From assembly GCA_035644475.1 (NCBI GenBank), contig DASQOL010000146.1, positions 10,957 through 74,956 of the forward strand: a stretch of DNA of 64,000 nucleotides, read 5' to 3'. Source of the stretch: Gammaproteobacteria bacterium. GTDB lineage: Bacteria; Pseudomonadota; Gammaproteobacteria; Steroidobacterales; Rariloculaceae. The position numbers were made by a program, and so were the translations under genes. Positions 45,227-57,298 of this stretch are shown here, in pieces. Position 1 is the first letter of the stretch, and each line of letters starts with the position of its first letter. The notes under the pieces were generated by a model that worked only from the letters and a program-made list of their open reading frames with translations, ran no database searches and had not been told where the DNA came from.

Positions 45227-46158
45227 GCCGCGGCTCCGCCGGTGATGGACCGGAACACCTCGTCGAGCCGACCCGACTCGAGGTGCAGCTCGGCGAGCTC
45301 CCAGCGCTGCTTCTCCGCGAGCGCGTTGATCGGCGCGAGCGGCAGCTTGCCGCGTGCGGGGAAGGCGGTGATGCGGCCGGTGTTCTCGTCGAGCTCGGTG
45401 CTCTCGACCTCGCTCAAATCTTCGATCGCTTTGCGCGCCGCCGACACCAGGTCGGGCTTCGCGAGCTTGAGGGACACCGCGTTGTGGAACCGCGAGCGCG
45501 CCTCGAGCCCGTGCGGCGTGTCGTCCGCGAGGATCTTGCCGCGGGCGATGATGATCGCGCGGTTGCACACGGCCTCGACCTCTTCGAGCAGGTGGGTCGA
45601 AATCACGATGATCTTGTTCGGCGCCATGCGCCGAATCAGCTCGCGAACCTCGTGCTTCTGATTGGGATCGAGGCCGTCAGTCGGCTCGTCGAGGACGAGG
45701 ACCTCGGGGTCGTGCACGATCGCCTGGGCGAGGCCCACGCGCCGGCGATAGCCCTTGGACAACGTATCGATCGTCTGGTCGAGGACGTTCTCGAGATGCA
45801 GCAGCGCGTACACCTCGTCCAGACGCTGCCGGCGTTTCTCGACGGGAATGCCGCGGGCCGCGGCGACGAACTCCAGGAACGAGCGCGGCGTCATCTCGGG
45901 ATAGCTCGGCGCGCCCTCGGGCAAGTAACCCACCCGGCGCTTGGCCTCGACGCCTTGCGATTCGACGTCGAAGCCGCAAACGAGCGCGCGCCCCGAGGTG
46001 GCGGGCACGAAGCCGGCGACGATTCGCATCGTCGTGGTCTTGCCGGCGCCATTCGGCCCCAGAAAGCCGAGCACCTCGCCCGGTTGCACGCGGAAGCTCA
46101 AGTCGTCGACGGCGCGTAGTCGCCCGTACTGCTTGGTAAGGCCCTGGCACTCGATCAT
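45223..46158 (-). CDS. ABC transporter ATP-binding protein (GldA-like)
   Basis: 311 aa. GPNGAGKTT, LSKGYRRR and VLVLDEPT. Confidence 0.9.
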   Translation of the reverse strand: MIECQGLTKQYGRLRAVDDLSFRVQPGEVLGFLGPNGAGKTTTMRIVAGFVPATSGRALVCGFDVESQGVEAKRRVGYLPEGAPSYPEMTPRSFLEFVAAARGIPVEKRRQRLDEVYALLHLENVLDQTIDTLSKGYRRRVGLAQAIVHDPEVLVLDEPTDGLDPNQKHEVRELIRRMAPNKIIVISTHLLEEVEAVCNRAIIIARGKILADDTPHGLEARSRFHNAVSLKLAKPDLVSAARKAIEDLSEVESTELDENTGRITAFPARGKLPLAPINALAEKQRWELAELHLESGRLDEVFRSITGGAAA

Positions 46159-46468
46159 TTGATATTAGCGGCGGATCAAAAGGTTGAGCAGGTCGCGTCG
46201 CGGCGCACAATTCTGCATATTGCGATTTTTCGTTTCAAGCCGTTCGTCGAGCCGCCGCGTTGACCTCATCGACATCGACCTTGCCGGCGAGTTCCGCATC
46301 GGGGCTCCGATAGCAGGAGGCGCGCGGTGGTGACAAAGCTCGGTTTGCGCATGGATCCTCTCGTCGAGCGTTAGAGACTTCAGTCGCGAATGCGGGCCGT
46401 GCCGGCGTCGACGACGCCTGTGGCGCGCTTGCCCGTTGAGATGGCATCCTCGCCCCGAGGGAGTATAG

Positions 46469-47464
<996 letters not shown>

Positions 47465-47471
47465 GCCCCCC

Positions 47472-48809
47472 ATGAGCACGCTGGCGCTGATCAACGCGCG
47501 GCTCGTGAACGAAGGGCGGATCGTCGACGCCGACGTGTTGATCCGCGGCGAGCGAATCGAGCGTGTCGGCGCGGGAGCACTGCCTCCTGGCGCCGCCGTC
47601 GTGGATCTCGCGGGGAAGCACTTGCTGCCGGGCCTCATCGACGACCAGGTCCACTGCCGCGAGCCGGGCCTCACTCACAAGGCCACGCTCGCGACGGAGT
47701 CGCTCGCCGCTATCTGCGGCGGCGTCACGAGCTTCCTCGACATGCCGAACACTCGGCCGCCGACGGCCGACAGGGCGCTGCTCGCCGCCAAGCGCGCGAT
47801 CGCCGCCGCCACCTGCTACGCGAACTACGGTTTCTACCTCGGAGCGACCAACGACAATCTCGAGGAGATCAAGGCCGTCGGCCCCGACGACGCGTGCGGA
47901 ATCAAGGTCTTCATGGGCGCGTCGACGGGCAACATGCTCGTCGACGACCCGGGCACGCTCGAGGAGATTTTCGCCGGGGCGCACTTGCCGATCGCGACGC
48001 ACTGCGAGGACTCGCCCCTCATCTGGGAAAACGAGCGCCGGTTCCGCGAGCGCTACGGCGACAACGTGCCCATCGAAGCGCACCCGCTGATTCGTTCGGC
48101 CGAGGCTTGCTACAAGTCGTCGTCGCTCGCCGTCGATCTCGCGCGCCGGCACGGTACCAGACTGCACGTCTTGCATCTCAGCACGGCGCGCGAGCTCGAC
48201 CTCTTCGAGGCCGGCCCGATCGCGGGCAAACGCATCACGGCAGAGGTCTGCGCCCACCACCTGTGGTTCGAGCAGTCGAGCTACGCGACCCTCGGGGCCA
48301 AGATCAAGTGCAACCCGGCGATCAAGACGGCTGCGGATCGTGAAGCGTTGCGAGCCGCCGTGCGCGACGGCGTGATCGACGTGATCGCCACCGACCACGC
48401 GCCGCACACGCTCGAGGAGAAGGCGCGCCCCTACTTCGAGTCGCCGTCCGGGCTGCCCTTGGTGCAGCACTCGCTGCTGATGCTGCTCGAGCAGCACCGC
48501 GACGGGCTCTTCAGCTTGGAGCAGATCGTGGAGAAGACGGCGCACAACCCCGCGGTGCTGTTCGGCATCGTGGATCGCGGTTTCGTTCGCGAGGGCCACT
48601 ACGCCGATCTCGTCGCGGTCGATCTCGGCGGGACCACGCGCGTCGACGCGGCCCAGGTGCGCTACAAGTGCGGCTGGTCGCCGCTCGAGGGCACGGAGTT
48701 TCATGCGGCGGTCGATTTGACGGTGCAGAACGGCGCGATCGTTTACCGCGAGGGCGCCCCGACCGGTGTCCGGGCGGCTCAAGCGCTGAAGTTCCGCGGC
48801 CGGGAGTGA
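47472..48809 (+). CDS. dihydroorotase-like cyclic amidohydrolase
   Basis: 445 aa. GLIDDQVHCREPG is the HxH metal site. Also has DMPNT and ATDHAPH. Confidence 0.85.
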   Translation: MSTLALINARLVNEGRIVDADVLIRGERIERVGAGALPPGAAVVDLAGKHLLPGLIDDQVHCREPGLTHKATLATESLAAICGGVTSFLDMPNTRPPTADRALLAAKRAIAAATCYANYGFYLGATNDNLEEIKAVGPDDACGIKVFMGASTGNMLVDDPGTLEEIFAGAHLPIATHCEDSPLIWENERRFRERYGDNVPIEAHPLIRSAEACYKSSSLAVDLARRHGTRLHVLHLSTARELDLFEAGPIAGKRITAEVCAHHLWFEQSSYATLGAKIKCNPAIKTAADREALRAAVRDGVIDVIATDHAPHTLEEKARPYFESPSGLPLVQHSLLMLLEQHRDGLFSLEQIVEKTAHNPAVLFGIVDRGFVREGHYADLVAVDLGGTTRVDAAQVRYKCGWSPLEGTEFHAAVDLTVQNGAIVYREGAPTGVRAAQALKFRGRE

Positions 48810-48876
48810 CCCTTACGCAGTCCGGAGGTGATGCATTACCTTGCCGGCATTGCGTCCCTATGCTGGACTGTTTCGT

Positions 48877-49749
48877 ATGAACCGGGGCCGTTCCAGCGTC
48901 ATGGCGCTCGCCGCGATCGTCGTTGCCGGCGCGTTGGCCGCTTGTGAGCGCTCGTCCCCGCCGACGCCCGGCGCAGCGGCCGTCGAGCAGCGCCGCGCCG
49001 CGCCGACGCCGCGGCTCGAGGCCCCGGCACGGGCCGCCGTGCTGGAGCAGCAGCTCGCCTACGGCGAGGCCAAGAGCCGAAATCTCGTGGGCTTTTTGGC
49101 GATGCCGGCCGACGCCGCCGAGCCGCTGCCCGCGGTGATCGTGATCCACGAATGGTGGGGCCTCAACAACGAGATCAAGACGCTCACGCGCCGGCTCGCC
49201 GCAGAGGGTTACGTGGCGCTCGCGGTCGACCTGTATGGTGGCGCCACAGCGACGACGCCCGCTGACGCGGAGAAGCTGATGACAGGGGTCTTCACCGATC
49301 CCGAAGCCGCACGCGCCAACGTGCGCCAAGCCTACGAATACCTCGAGAAGTATGCGTTTGCGCCGCGGATTGGCAGCATCGGCTGGGCGTTCGGCGGGAG
49401 CTGGTCGTTGGAGGCGGCGTTGCTGCTGCCGAATCAGCTCGACGCGACGGTGACCTACTACGGCCCGCTCGTGACGGATGCGGCGAAGCTGCAGCCCATC
49501 GACGCTCCGATCCTCGGCCTGTACGGAGCCTTGGACGAGAGCATCCCGGCGCGCGACGTCATCGCCTTCCGGGCGCTCCTCACCAATCAGCTGCACAAGA
49601 ACGCGAAGATCGTGATCTATCCGAACGCCAGGCACGCGTTCGCCAGCGTTGGGGACGGAGATTACAACGCGGAAGCCGCGGCGCAGGCTTGGAGCGAAAC
49701 GCTCGCGTTCCTGAACGAGAACCTGAAGCTGAAGGCGGCGCGGCCCTAG
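48877..49749 (+). CDS. dienelactone hydrolase family lipoprotein
   Basis: Lipobox GALAAC, then VIVIHEWWGLN and GWAFGG. Confidence 0.82.
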   Translation: MNRGRSSVMALAAIVVAGALAACERSSPPTPGAAAVEQRRAAPTPRLEAPARAAVLEQQLAYGEAKSRNLVGFLAMPADAAEPLPAVIVIHEWWGLNNEIKTLTRRLAAEGYVALAVDLYGGATATTPADAEKLMTGVFTDPEAARANVRQAYEYLEKYAFAPRIGSIGWAFGGSWSLEAALLLPNQLDATVTYYGPLVTDAAKLQPIDAPILGLYGALDESIPARDVIAFRALLTNQLHKNAKIVIYPNARHAFASVGDGDYNAEAAAQAWSETLAFLNENLKLKAARP

Positions 49750-49921
49750 GCGTGGCGGCGAAAAAAAAGAGGGCCGGGTGCAAGAACGTCCATATTCTTC
49801 AGTGCGAAGACATGTCCCTGTTCGCTGCCGGAAACCCCGGCCCCCCGAGTGACGGCCGTCCGACTCGGCCCAGCGGACCTCCACGGGGGGAGGAGTGGGG
49901 TCCGCTTTTCCTGACTACCGC

Positions 49922-50200
49922 TTAGCCTCGCGCGTGCAGCTCGCTGCTTGCGACCTCGAGCTTCGGCGCGGTAGCGCGCCTGAGATCCGCATCGACGGTC
50001 ACCTTGATTTGCTCGCTAACCGCGCGCATGTAGCTCTCGACCTCGGCCCGATACGCCGCCGGCGTTGCTCTCACGCCGATGGTCGCTGCGGTTCCGTAAA
50101 CAACTAACTCTTCGGTGGCTGAGGCCTGCTGAGCGAGCAGGCCGGCCGCCAGTCCGACGACCAGGGTTGCACCTGGGGTCAGAAATTTGCGTGTGGCCAT
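49922..50200 (-). CDS. small secreted protein, unknown function
   Basis: 92 aa. Signal peptide MATRKFLTPGATLVVGLAAGLLAQQASA, Shine-Dalgarno AGGA 9 nt upstream, and a sigma-54 promoter upstream. Confidence 0.65.
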   Translation of the reverse strand: MATRKFLTPGATLVVGLAAGLLAQQASATEELVVYGTAATIGVRATPAAYRAEVESYMRAVSEQIKVTVDADLRRATAPKLEVASSELHARG

Positions 50201-50273
50201 ACTCTCATCCTTTCGTTACGATTTTCCGACAACCCGATCTTCAATCGACCGGAAATCACTTGCAGCTACATAT

Positions 50274-50288
50274 GCACGGTACGTGCCA
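50274..50288 (-). promoter_or_regulatory. sigma-54 promoter
   Basis: The minus strand reads TTGGCACG-TACC-GTGCAT, against the consensus TGGCACG-N4-TTGCW. It lies 74 nt upstream of the ATG at 50200. Confidence 0.7.
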
Positions 50289-50336
50289 ATTGCAAGACAT
50301 AGTCAAAACAACGAGTTACATCACATATACAGCTCT

Positions 50337-50389
50337 CGGTATTCCGTGAATTACGGATTTCCGTTGTCATAGCCTACGGTATTCCGTAA
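50337..50389. promoter_or_regulatory. three (A)CGG-N4-CCG(T) palindromic sites, candidate enhancer (UAS)
   Basis: CGGTATTCCG at 50337-46, ACGGATTTCCGT at 50353-64 and TACGGTATTCCGTA at 50376-89. They lie 50-115 bp upstream of the sigma-54 promoter and just before the activator gene. Confidence 0.5.
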
Positions 50390-50398
50390 ACTAGCCGC

Positions 50399-52222
<1,824 letters not shown>

Positions 52223-52364
52223 CGCATTCGGTGATCCGTCAAACGGTTGCGCGGCTAAGGTGACCCTGGTATACACGTTGACGATCCCCGTAGGACCGTG
52301 TGCCCAGAAACAAAGGGCGATTCCTAAGGGGCGCCACACAAACCTAGAACAACAAGGCCCCGAC

Positions 52365-52730
52365 ATGTCGCAGCTGGCCGAGCGATTCGCCGAAGCGGTT
52401 CGGACTCTCGTGAGCGACGGACCGATCAAGCAGCGCCTGAGTCGCGCGTATACCGAGAACCTCGAGGGACTCGACCAGGCGGAGTTGCCCGCCGGCGTTC
52501 GCCGGGAGTTCAGCGACCTCGAGGCCGCCTTGAGCCGCATCGCTCCCGTGGGCAACGAGACCCGCGTGCGCGCCAACGTGCAGAAGATGTCGCCGGCGGA
52601 AGCCGGCGATCACGCGAGCACCATCGTCAAGCTTTACGTCGAGCTCATGGGCCAAGCGGGCCGCGCCGAGCCCCTCAAGGTTGTCACGACTTCCAAGAAG
52701 ACCCCGCGCTACCTCGCAAGTCGCTCCTGA
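52365..52730 (+). CDS. hypothetical protein
   Basis: Internal ATG (MSQLAERFAEAV), 121 aa. High GC3, no motif recognised. Confidence 0.6.
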   Translation: MSQLAERFAEAVRTLVSDGPIKQRLSRAYTENLEGLDQAELPAGVRREFSDLEAALSRIAPVGNETRVRANVQKMSPAEAGDHASTIVKLYVELMGQAGRAEPLKVVTTSKKTPRYLASRS

Positions 52731-52822
52731 ACAAAACGCCGGCCGCCGCCAGCGTTGCGACCTCGGTCAAGGAATTCCCCTACGCTCCGGGCGATACTTC
52801 GCCCGACGTAAATTTCCACTCC

Positions 52823-55015
52823 ATGAGCATGCCGGGGCTTTCGATTCCCAGGAACGCCAATGCCGACACTGCGAGGGCCGTCGGCGACGGCTACGCGCCT
52901 TATGGTCAATTGGTCAAGATGCTCCTGCCGAGCGCCGGCAGCATTGCGATCTACGACGCGGCGCACGAAGTCGTCTGGTGCTCCGACGGCTATGCACGTC
53001 CCGATCTTCGCGCGCTGCTCGATCGGCTGACCGCCGCGGGCCCCGAGACGCTCGCCGGACGCGGCAGCGTCGAAATGACCGCGGCCGGAGTGCCGGCGTT
53101 CGTCGCGGCCTTGCGGACGGAGCTGAGCCGGCCGCTGGGTGCACTAGTCCTCGAGCTGCGCAGCGACCAAAGCCCGCGGCAGACGGCGTCGCTGCTCTCG
53201 GGCCTGCTACGGCCGGTCTTGGACTGCCTCGAGAGCCGCCTGAACCTGGAGAACACGCTGCGCACGGGCGAGCGCGACGGCGCCAGCGACGGCGTCGAGC
53301 TGCTGCTGACCGTCGACGAGGACGACCGCGAGGACGCGAGCGCCCTGCGGCGCCTGCTCCAGCAGTGCGTCGCGGATTTGGGCTGCGTGCTGGGCGCGCT
53401 TTCGATTCCCGATAAGAATCTTGCGATCTCGTGCGCGCCCGACGACTCGATCAAGACCTCGCAGCTGCTCGACCGAACGCAAAGGCACCTGCTGGCTTGG
53501 GCCCAGCTCAACAATCGACCGATGGTCGTCAATCGCGTCGGCAGCGCGTCCGAAGTGGCGCCGTACAAGATCCTGAGCTGCCCGATCCGAGACCTGCAGA
53601 ACCGCGTCGTGGGCATCGTCGCGCTGTTCCGCTTGACGACCGCAGCCGATTTCGAGCTGCGCGATATCCGAATCCTCGAGTTCGTAAGCCGCAAGACGGT
53701 GAGCGTGCTCCGCAGCCAGCACGACGGGTTGACCGGGTTGATCAACCGTCTGATCTTCGAGCGCCGCGTTCGGGCGCGGCTCGACGCGTCCGCCACCGAT
53801 CGGCACGCGCTGCTGTACGTCGACATCGACAAGCTCGAGGCCATCAACCAGGCGTTCGGCCTGCACGCCGGCGACGAGGTGATCCAGCGCGTGGCCGAGG
53901 TCGTGTCCCGCGCCGCGGGCGAGAACGCGCTCGTGAGCCGCATCGGCGGAGACCGCTTCGCAGTGTTTCTCGCGCAGCCCAACGCCGCGCAAGCCGAAGA
54001 GGTCGGCTCGACGATCTTCGACGCGACGACGCGCTTGGTATACATGAGCGGCGCGGACACCGTGCCCGTGTCGGTGAGCATCGGCGTCGTCGGCGCGTCG
54101 CAGCGCGATCGCGTCGGACATCTGCTCGCGTGCGCGGAGCTCGCATCCAAGCGCGCGAAGCAGCAGGGACGCAGCCAGATCGTGTTGCACGACGAGGACG
54201 TCGCTCTGCTGCCCGCGCGGCGCCGCGAGACGCTCGCGTCGGAAAGCCTGCAGGAAGCGTTCAAGACCAACGATTTTCGGCTCGAATCGCAGCCGATTGT
54301 CGGTCTGCGCGCGCCCGAGGGCGACCCGCTCGCCCACGAAATCTTCATCCGCATGCGCAACGGAGCTGGCGAGCTGATCGCAGCCGACAAGTTCCTCGCC
54401 GCGGCGGAGCGCTACGGGCTGCTGCCGGCGCTCGACCGGTGGGTGCTTTGCACGCTGCTCGACGTCGTGAAAGCGTCGCCGCCCGAGGCCTATCGCTGCT
54501 TGACCGTCAACGTGTCCGCGCAATCGTTGGCGAGCGGCAAGTACGCAAGCTTCGCCCTCGAGCAGATCGAGCGAGCAGGCCTGTCGCCCTCGATGTTTTG
54601 CTTCGAGCTCAGCGAGTCGGCGGCCGTGCATCGGCTCGTGGAGGCGGAGCGGCTGATCCGCGAGCTCACGGCGGCCGGCAGCAAGATCGCGCTCGACGAC
54701 TTCGGCTACGGCATGAGCTCGCTCGCCCATCTGAAGCGGTTGCCGGTCCAATTTCTGAAGATCGACGGCCGCTTCGTCCGCAGGATCCTCGACGATCGAA
54801 TCGCGGAGTCCATCGTGTCGGGGATCGCGCGCGCCGCGAAGACGCTCGGGGTCGGCCTCATCGCCGAGCACGTCGAGAGCGCCGCGCTCGCCGACAAGTT
54901 GCGCGAGCTCGACGTGGAGTACGGCCAGGGATTCTTTCTGGGGCGCCCGCGCCCGTTCGTGAAGATCAACGAGGAGCGGTCGGCGCCCGCCGCGGTCCGT
55001 ACCGGCGCCGTCTAG
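52823..55015 (+). CDS. GAF-like/GGDEF/EAL signalling protein with degenerate GGDEF (GGDRF)
   Basis: 730 aa. GGDEF domain reads RIGGDRFAVFL. EAL domain has EIFIR, DDFGYGMSSL, KIDGRFV, EHVES and QGF. Confidence 0.88.
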   Translation: MSMPGLSIPRNANADTARAVGDGYAPYGQLVKMLLPSAGSIAIYDAAHEVVWCSDGYARPDLRALLDRLTAAGPETLAGRGSVEMTAAGVPAFVAALRTELSRPLGALVLELRSDQSPRQTASLLSGLLRPVLDCLESRLNLENTLRTGERDGASDGVELLLTVDEDDREDASALRRLLQQCVADLGCVLGALSIPDKNLAISCAPDDSIKTSQLLDRTQRHLLAWAQLNNRPMVVNRVGSASEVAPYKILSCPIRDLQNRVVGIVALFRLTTAADFELRDIRILEFVSRKTVSVLRSQHDGLTGLINRLIFERRVRARLDASATDRHALLYVDIDKLEAINQAFGLHAGDEVIQRVAEVVSRAAGENALVSRIGGDRFAVFLAQPNAAQAEEVGSTIFDATTRLVYMSGADTVPVSVSIGVVGASQRDRVGHLLACAELASKRAKQQGRSQIVLHDEDVALLPARRRETLASESLQEAFKTNDFRLESQPIVGLRAPEGDPLAHEIFIRMRNGAGELIAADKFLAAAERYGLLPALDRWVLCTLLDVVKASPPEAYRCLTVNVSAQSLASGKYASFALEQIERAGLSPSMFCFELSESAAVHRLVEAERLIRELTAAGSKIALDDFGYGMSSLAHLKRLPVQFLKIDGRFVRRILDDRIAESIVSGIARAAKTLGVGLIAEHVESAALADKLRELDVEYGQGFFLGRPRPFVKINEERSAPAAVRTGAV

Positions 55016-55107
55016 GCTGCCGCTCGCGGCGAGAGCCGCCGACGCAGTTCACATCGGCGCCGGCGGTGGGCGGCCTATAATCGCCGACATTACGTCAAAT
55101 TTTCGAG

Positions 55108-55707
55108 TTGACGATGCGAACAACGCTGGCCCTCGCAATCCTGCTCGCCGCCGCGACCGTGGCGGCCGCCGAGACCGCGTACGTGACGGACAGCTTGCGC
55201 CTCGGCCTGTACGCCGACGCGGACGCGAGCGGCACGCCGTCGCAAAATCTCGTGAGCGGCACCCCGCTCGAGGTGCTCGAGCGGACCCAAGGGTACGCGC
55301 GCGTGCGCACGGCTGCAGGCAGCGAGGGCTGGGTCAAGTCGACCTACCTCGTCGACGAGAAGCCGGCGCGGCTGCGCGTGGCCGAGCTCGAGGCCGAGCT
55401 CGCGACCTTGCGCGGCGACGCGGACCGCGCGCGCGCCGCCCGCGTGAACGCCGAGGACGAGCTCCATCGACTCGGCAAGCAGGTCGCCACGGCCACCGGC
55501 TCAACGGACGCGATCCAGGACACGCTCGGCCGGCTCAAGAACGAGAACGAGACCTACGAGGCGCGGCTCGAAAGCTATCGCTGGAGCTTGCCGCTCCCGT
55601 GGGTGGCCGCGGCGCTGGTCGTTGCGCTCGGGGCGGGCTTCGTCAGCGGGCTATGGTGGCTCGACGCGTTGATACGTCGGCGCCATGGAGGTTTTCGCGT
55701 CTACTGA
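55108..55707 (+). CDS. ygiM: SH3 domain membrane protein YgiM-like (TIGR04211 type)
   Basis: 199 aa. Signal peptide, SH3-like YVTDSLRLGLY...GWVKSTYL, a coiled coil and a C-terminal TM segment. Confidence 0.8.
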   Translation: MTMRTTLALAILLAAATVAAAETAYVTDSLRLGLYADADASGTPSQNLVSGTPLEVLERTQGYARVRTAAGSEGWVKSTYLVDEKPARLRVAELEAELATLRGDADRARAARVNAEDELHRLGKQVATATGSTDAIQDTLGRLKNENETYEARLESYRWSLPLPWVAAALVVALGAGFVSGLWWLDALIRRRHGGFRVY

Positions 55708-56316
55708 GGCGCGGCGCCGCTTCTTGGTCGTCTCGCGCCAGTGGTTGACGCGCACGCCGAGCAACACCGTCAACAAGACGGCGTACAGCAGCGGCTCCGC
55801 CACGTCGAGCTTCACCTGCCACCAGAAGTGCACGACGCCGAGCACGGCGATCGCGTAGACCAGGCGGTGGAGCCGCGCCCAATTGCGGCCGAGCCGTCTC
55901 TGCAGGGCGTTCGTCGAGGTTGCCGCGAGGGGGATCATCATGAGCAAGGCGGCGAATCCCACCGTGATGTAGGGCCGTTCCGCCACGTCGTCGACGATCG
56001 TGCCCCACTCCATGGCGCGGTCGAGGAACAGGTACACGAGGAAGTGCAGAACCAAGTAGAAGAACGCGAACAGCCCGAGCAGGCGCCGAAACGCGATGAG
56101 CCGATTGATCCCGGTGGAGCGTCGAATTGGCGTGATGCAGAGCGTCAGCAGCAACAGGTTCAGCGTGGTCTTACCGCAGACGTGCAAGACCTCCTGGACG
56201 GGGTTCGCGCCGAGGGACAGCGACCAGATCCCGTTGGCGCGCAGCACGAGCAACGCGAACGGCGCGAGGCACGCGCCCCAGACGAGCACTTTGATGAAGG
56301 CCACCCGGCGCGTCAT
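55651..56316 (-). CDS. msrQ: protein-methionine-sulfoxide reductase haem-binding subunit MsrQ
   Basis: Starts at MTRRVAFIKVLVW. Ferric-reductase-like TM protein with conserved His residues. Downstream of msrP. Confidence 0.85.
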   Translation of the reverse strand: MTRRVAFIKVLVWGACLAPFALLVLRANGIWSLSLGANPVQEVLHVCGKTTLNLLLLTLCITPIRRSTGINRLIAFRRLLGLFAFFYLVLHFLVYLFLDRAMEWGTIVDDVAERPYITVGFAALLMMIPLAATSTNALQRRLGRNWARLHRLVYAIAVLGVVHFWWQVKLDVAEPLLYAVLLTVLLGVRVNHWRETTKKRRRASVDAKTSMAPTYQRVEPP

Positions 56317-56341
56317 TGGAACCGCTGCGCCGACCGCGCCG

Positions 56342-57298
56342 CTAATAGTTCTTGACCAGATCGAGCCCCGTGTAGAGGCTCGCAACCTGTTCCGCGTAGC
56401 CGTTGAACATCTGCGTCGCGGTCTTCGCTGCGAACAGGCCCGGCCCCAGCCGCCGCTCGGTAGCCTGGCTCCACCGCGGATGGTTCACCTTCGGATTGAC
56501 GTTCGAATAGAAGCCGTATTCGTCCGGAGCCGCCATGTTCCAGCTCGTCTTCGGCTGCTCCTCGGTGAAGTGGATTCGAACGATTGACTTGGCGCTCTTG
56601 AACCCGTACTTCCATGGCAAGACAACGCGAATCGGCGCCCCGTTCTGATTCGGCAAGACCTTCCCGTAGAGACCCACGGCGACGAGCGCGAGCGGGTTCA
56701 TCGCCTCGTCGATCCGCAGCCCCTCGCGGTATGGCCACTCGAGCGTCCGAGAGCGAACGCCCGGCATCTGGTCGCGGTCGGCGAGCGTGAAAAACTGCAC
56801 GTACTTCGCCTTCGAGGTTGGCTCGAAGCGCTTCAGCAAGTCGCCGAGCGGGAAGCCCACCCATGGAATCACTACGGACCAGCCTTCGACGCACCGCAAC
56901 CGGTAGATGCGCTCCTCGAGGTCGTGGGGCTTCAGGATGTCCTCGAGGGTCAAGGTGCCGAGCTTCTCCGCCTCCCCCGTGACCTGTATGGACCAGGGCT
57001 TGGTCTTCAGCGTGCCGGCGTTCTTCGACGGGTCGCTCTTGCTCGTGCCGAACTCGTAGTAGTTGTTGTAGGTCGTGATGTCCTCGTACGAGTTTGGCTT
57101 CGCGTCGCCGGACCCGGGCCACTTCTTGAGATTCTCGAAGGCGCCGTTCGGCGGAATCGTCGCCGCCTCGCCGGGGTCGCTCATCGCGCCGACGAGGCCG
57201 GCCGCGACGGCGGCCTTGAGCAGCTCGCGGCGCCCGAAGAACGCTCCCTCAGGCGTGATTTCCGAAGGTTTGATTCCGCCGTGAATTCTCTGTGCCAT
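56342..57298 (-). CDS. msrP: protein-methionine-sulfoxide reductase catalytic subunit MsrP
   Basis: Starts at MAQRIHGG with Tat signal FFGRRELLKAA. Motifs YNNYYEF and RCVEGWS of the YedY molybdoenzyme. Confidence 0.92.
   Translation of the reverse strand: MAQRIHGGIKPSEITPEGAFFGRRELLKAAVAAGLVGAMSDPGEAATIPPNGAFENLKKWPGSGDAKPNSYEDITTYNNYYEFGTSKSDPSKNAGTLKTKPWSIQVTGEAEKLGTLTLEDILKPHDLEERIYRLRCVEGWSVVIPWVGFPLGDLLKRFEPTSKAKYVQFFTLADRDQMPGVRSRTLEWPYREGLRIDEAMNPLALVAVGLYGKVLPNQNGAPIRVVLPWKYGFKSAKSIVRIHFTEEQPKTSWNMAAPDEYGFYSNVNPKVNHPRWSQATERRLGPGLFAAKTATQMFNGYAEQVASLYTGLDLVKNY

Noticed and set aside
49750-49921. 172-nt structured intergenic region with a terminator-like hairpin (CGGACCTCCAC...GTGGGGTCCG followed by CTTTTCC), considered as an SRP/6S/other ncRNA.
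   Set aside because: I could not find conserved SRP, 6S or riboswitch signature sequences, nor a convincing promoter. The most economical reading is a long 3' UTR and terminator of the dienelactone hydrolase gene. A covariance-model scan would settle it.
52266-52281. TGGTAT-N5-TTGA upstream of the 121-aa ORF as a second sigma-54 promoter.
   Set aside because: It lacks the essential -12 GC and has a poor -24 element. Probably a chance match.
55651-55707. 57-nt convergent overlap between the ygiM-like and msrQ 3' ends.
   Set aside because: Both C-terminal tails are low-information basic sequences. Such overlaps are common in compact high-GC genomes, and nothing suggests a functional antisense arrangement.
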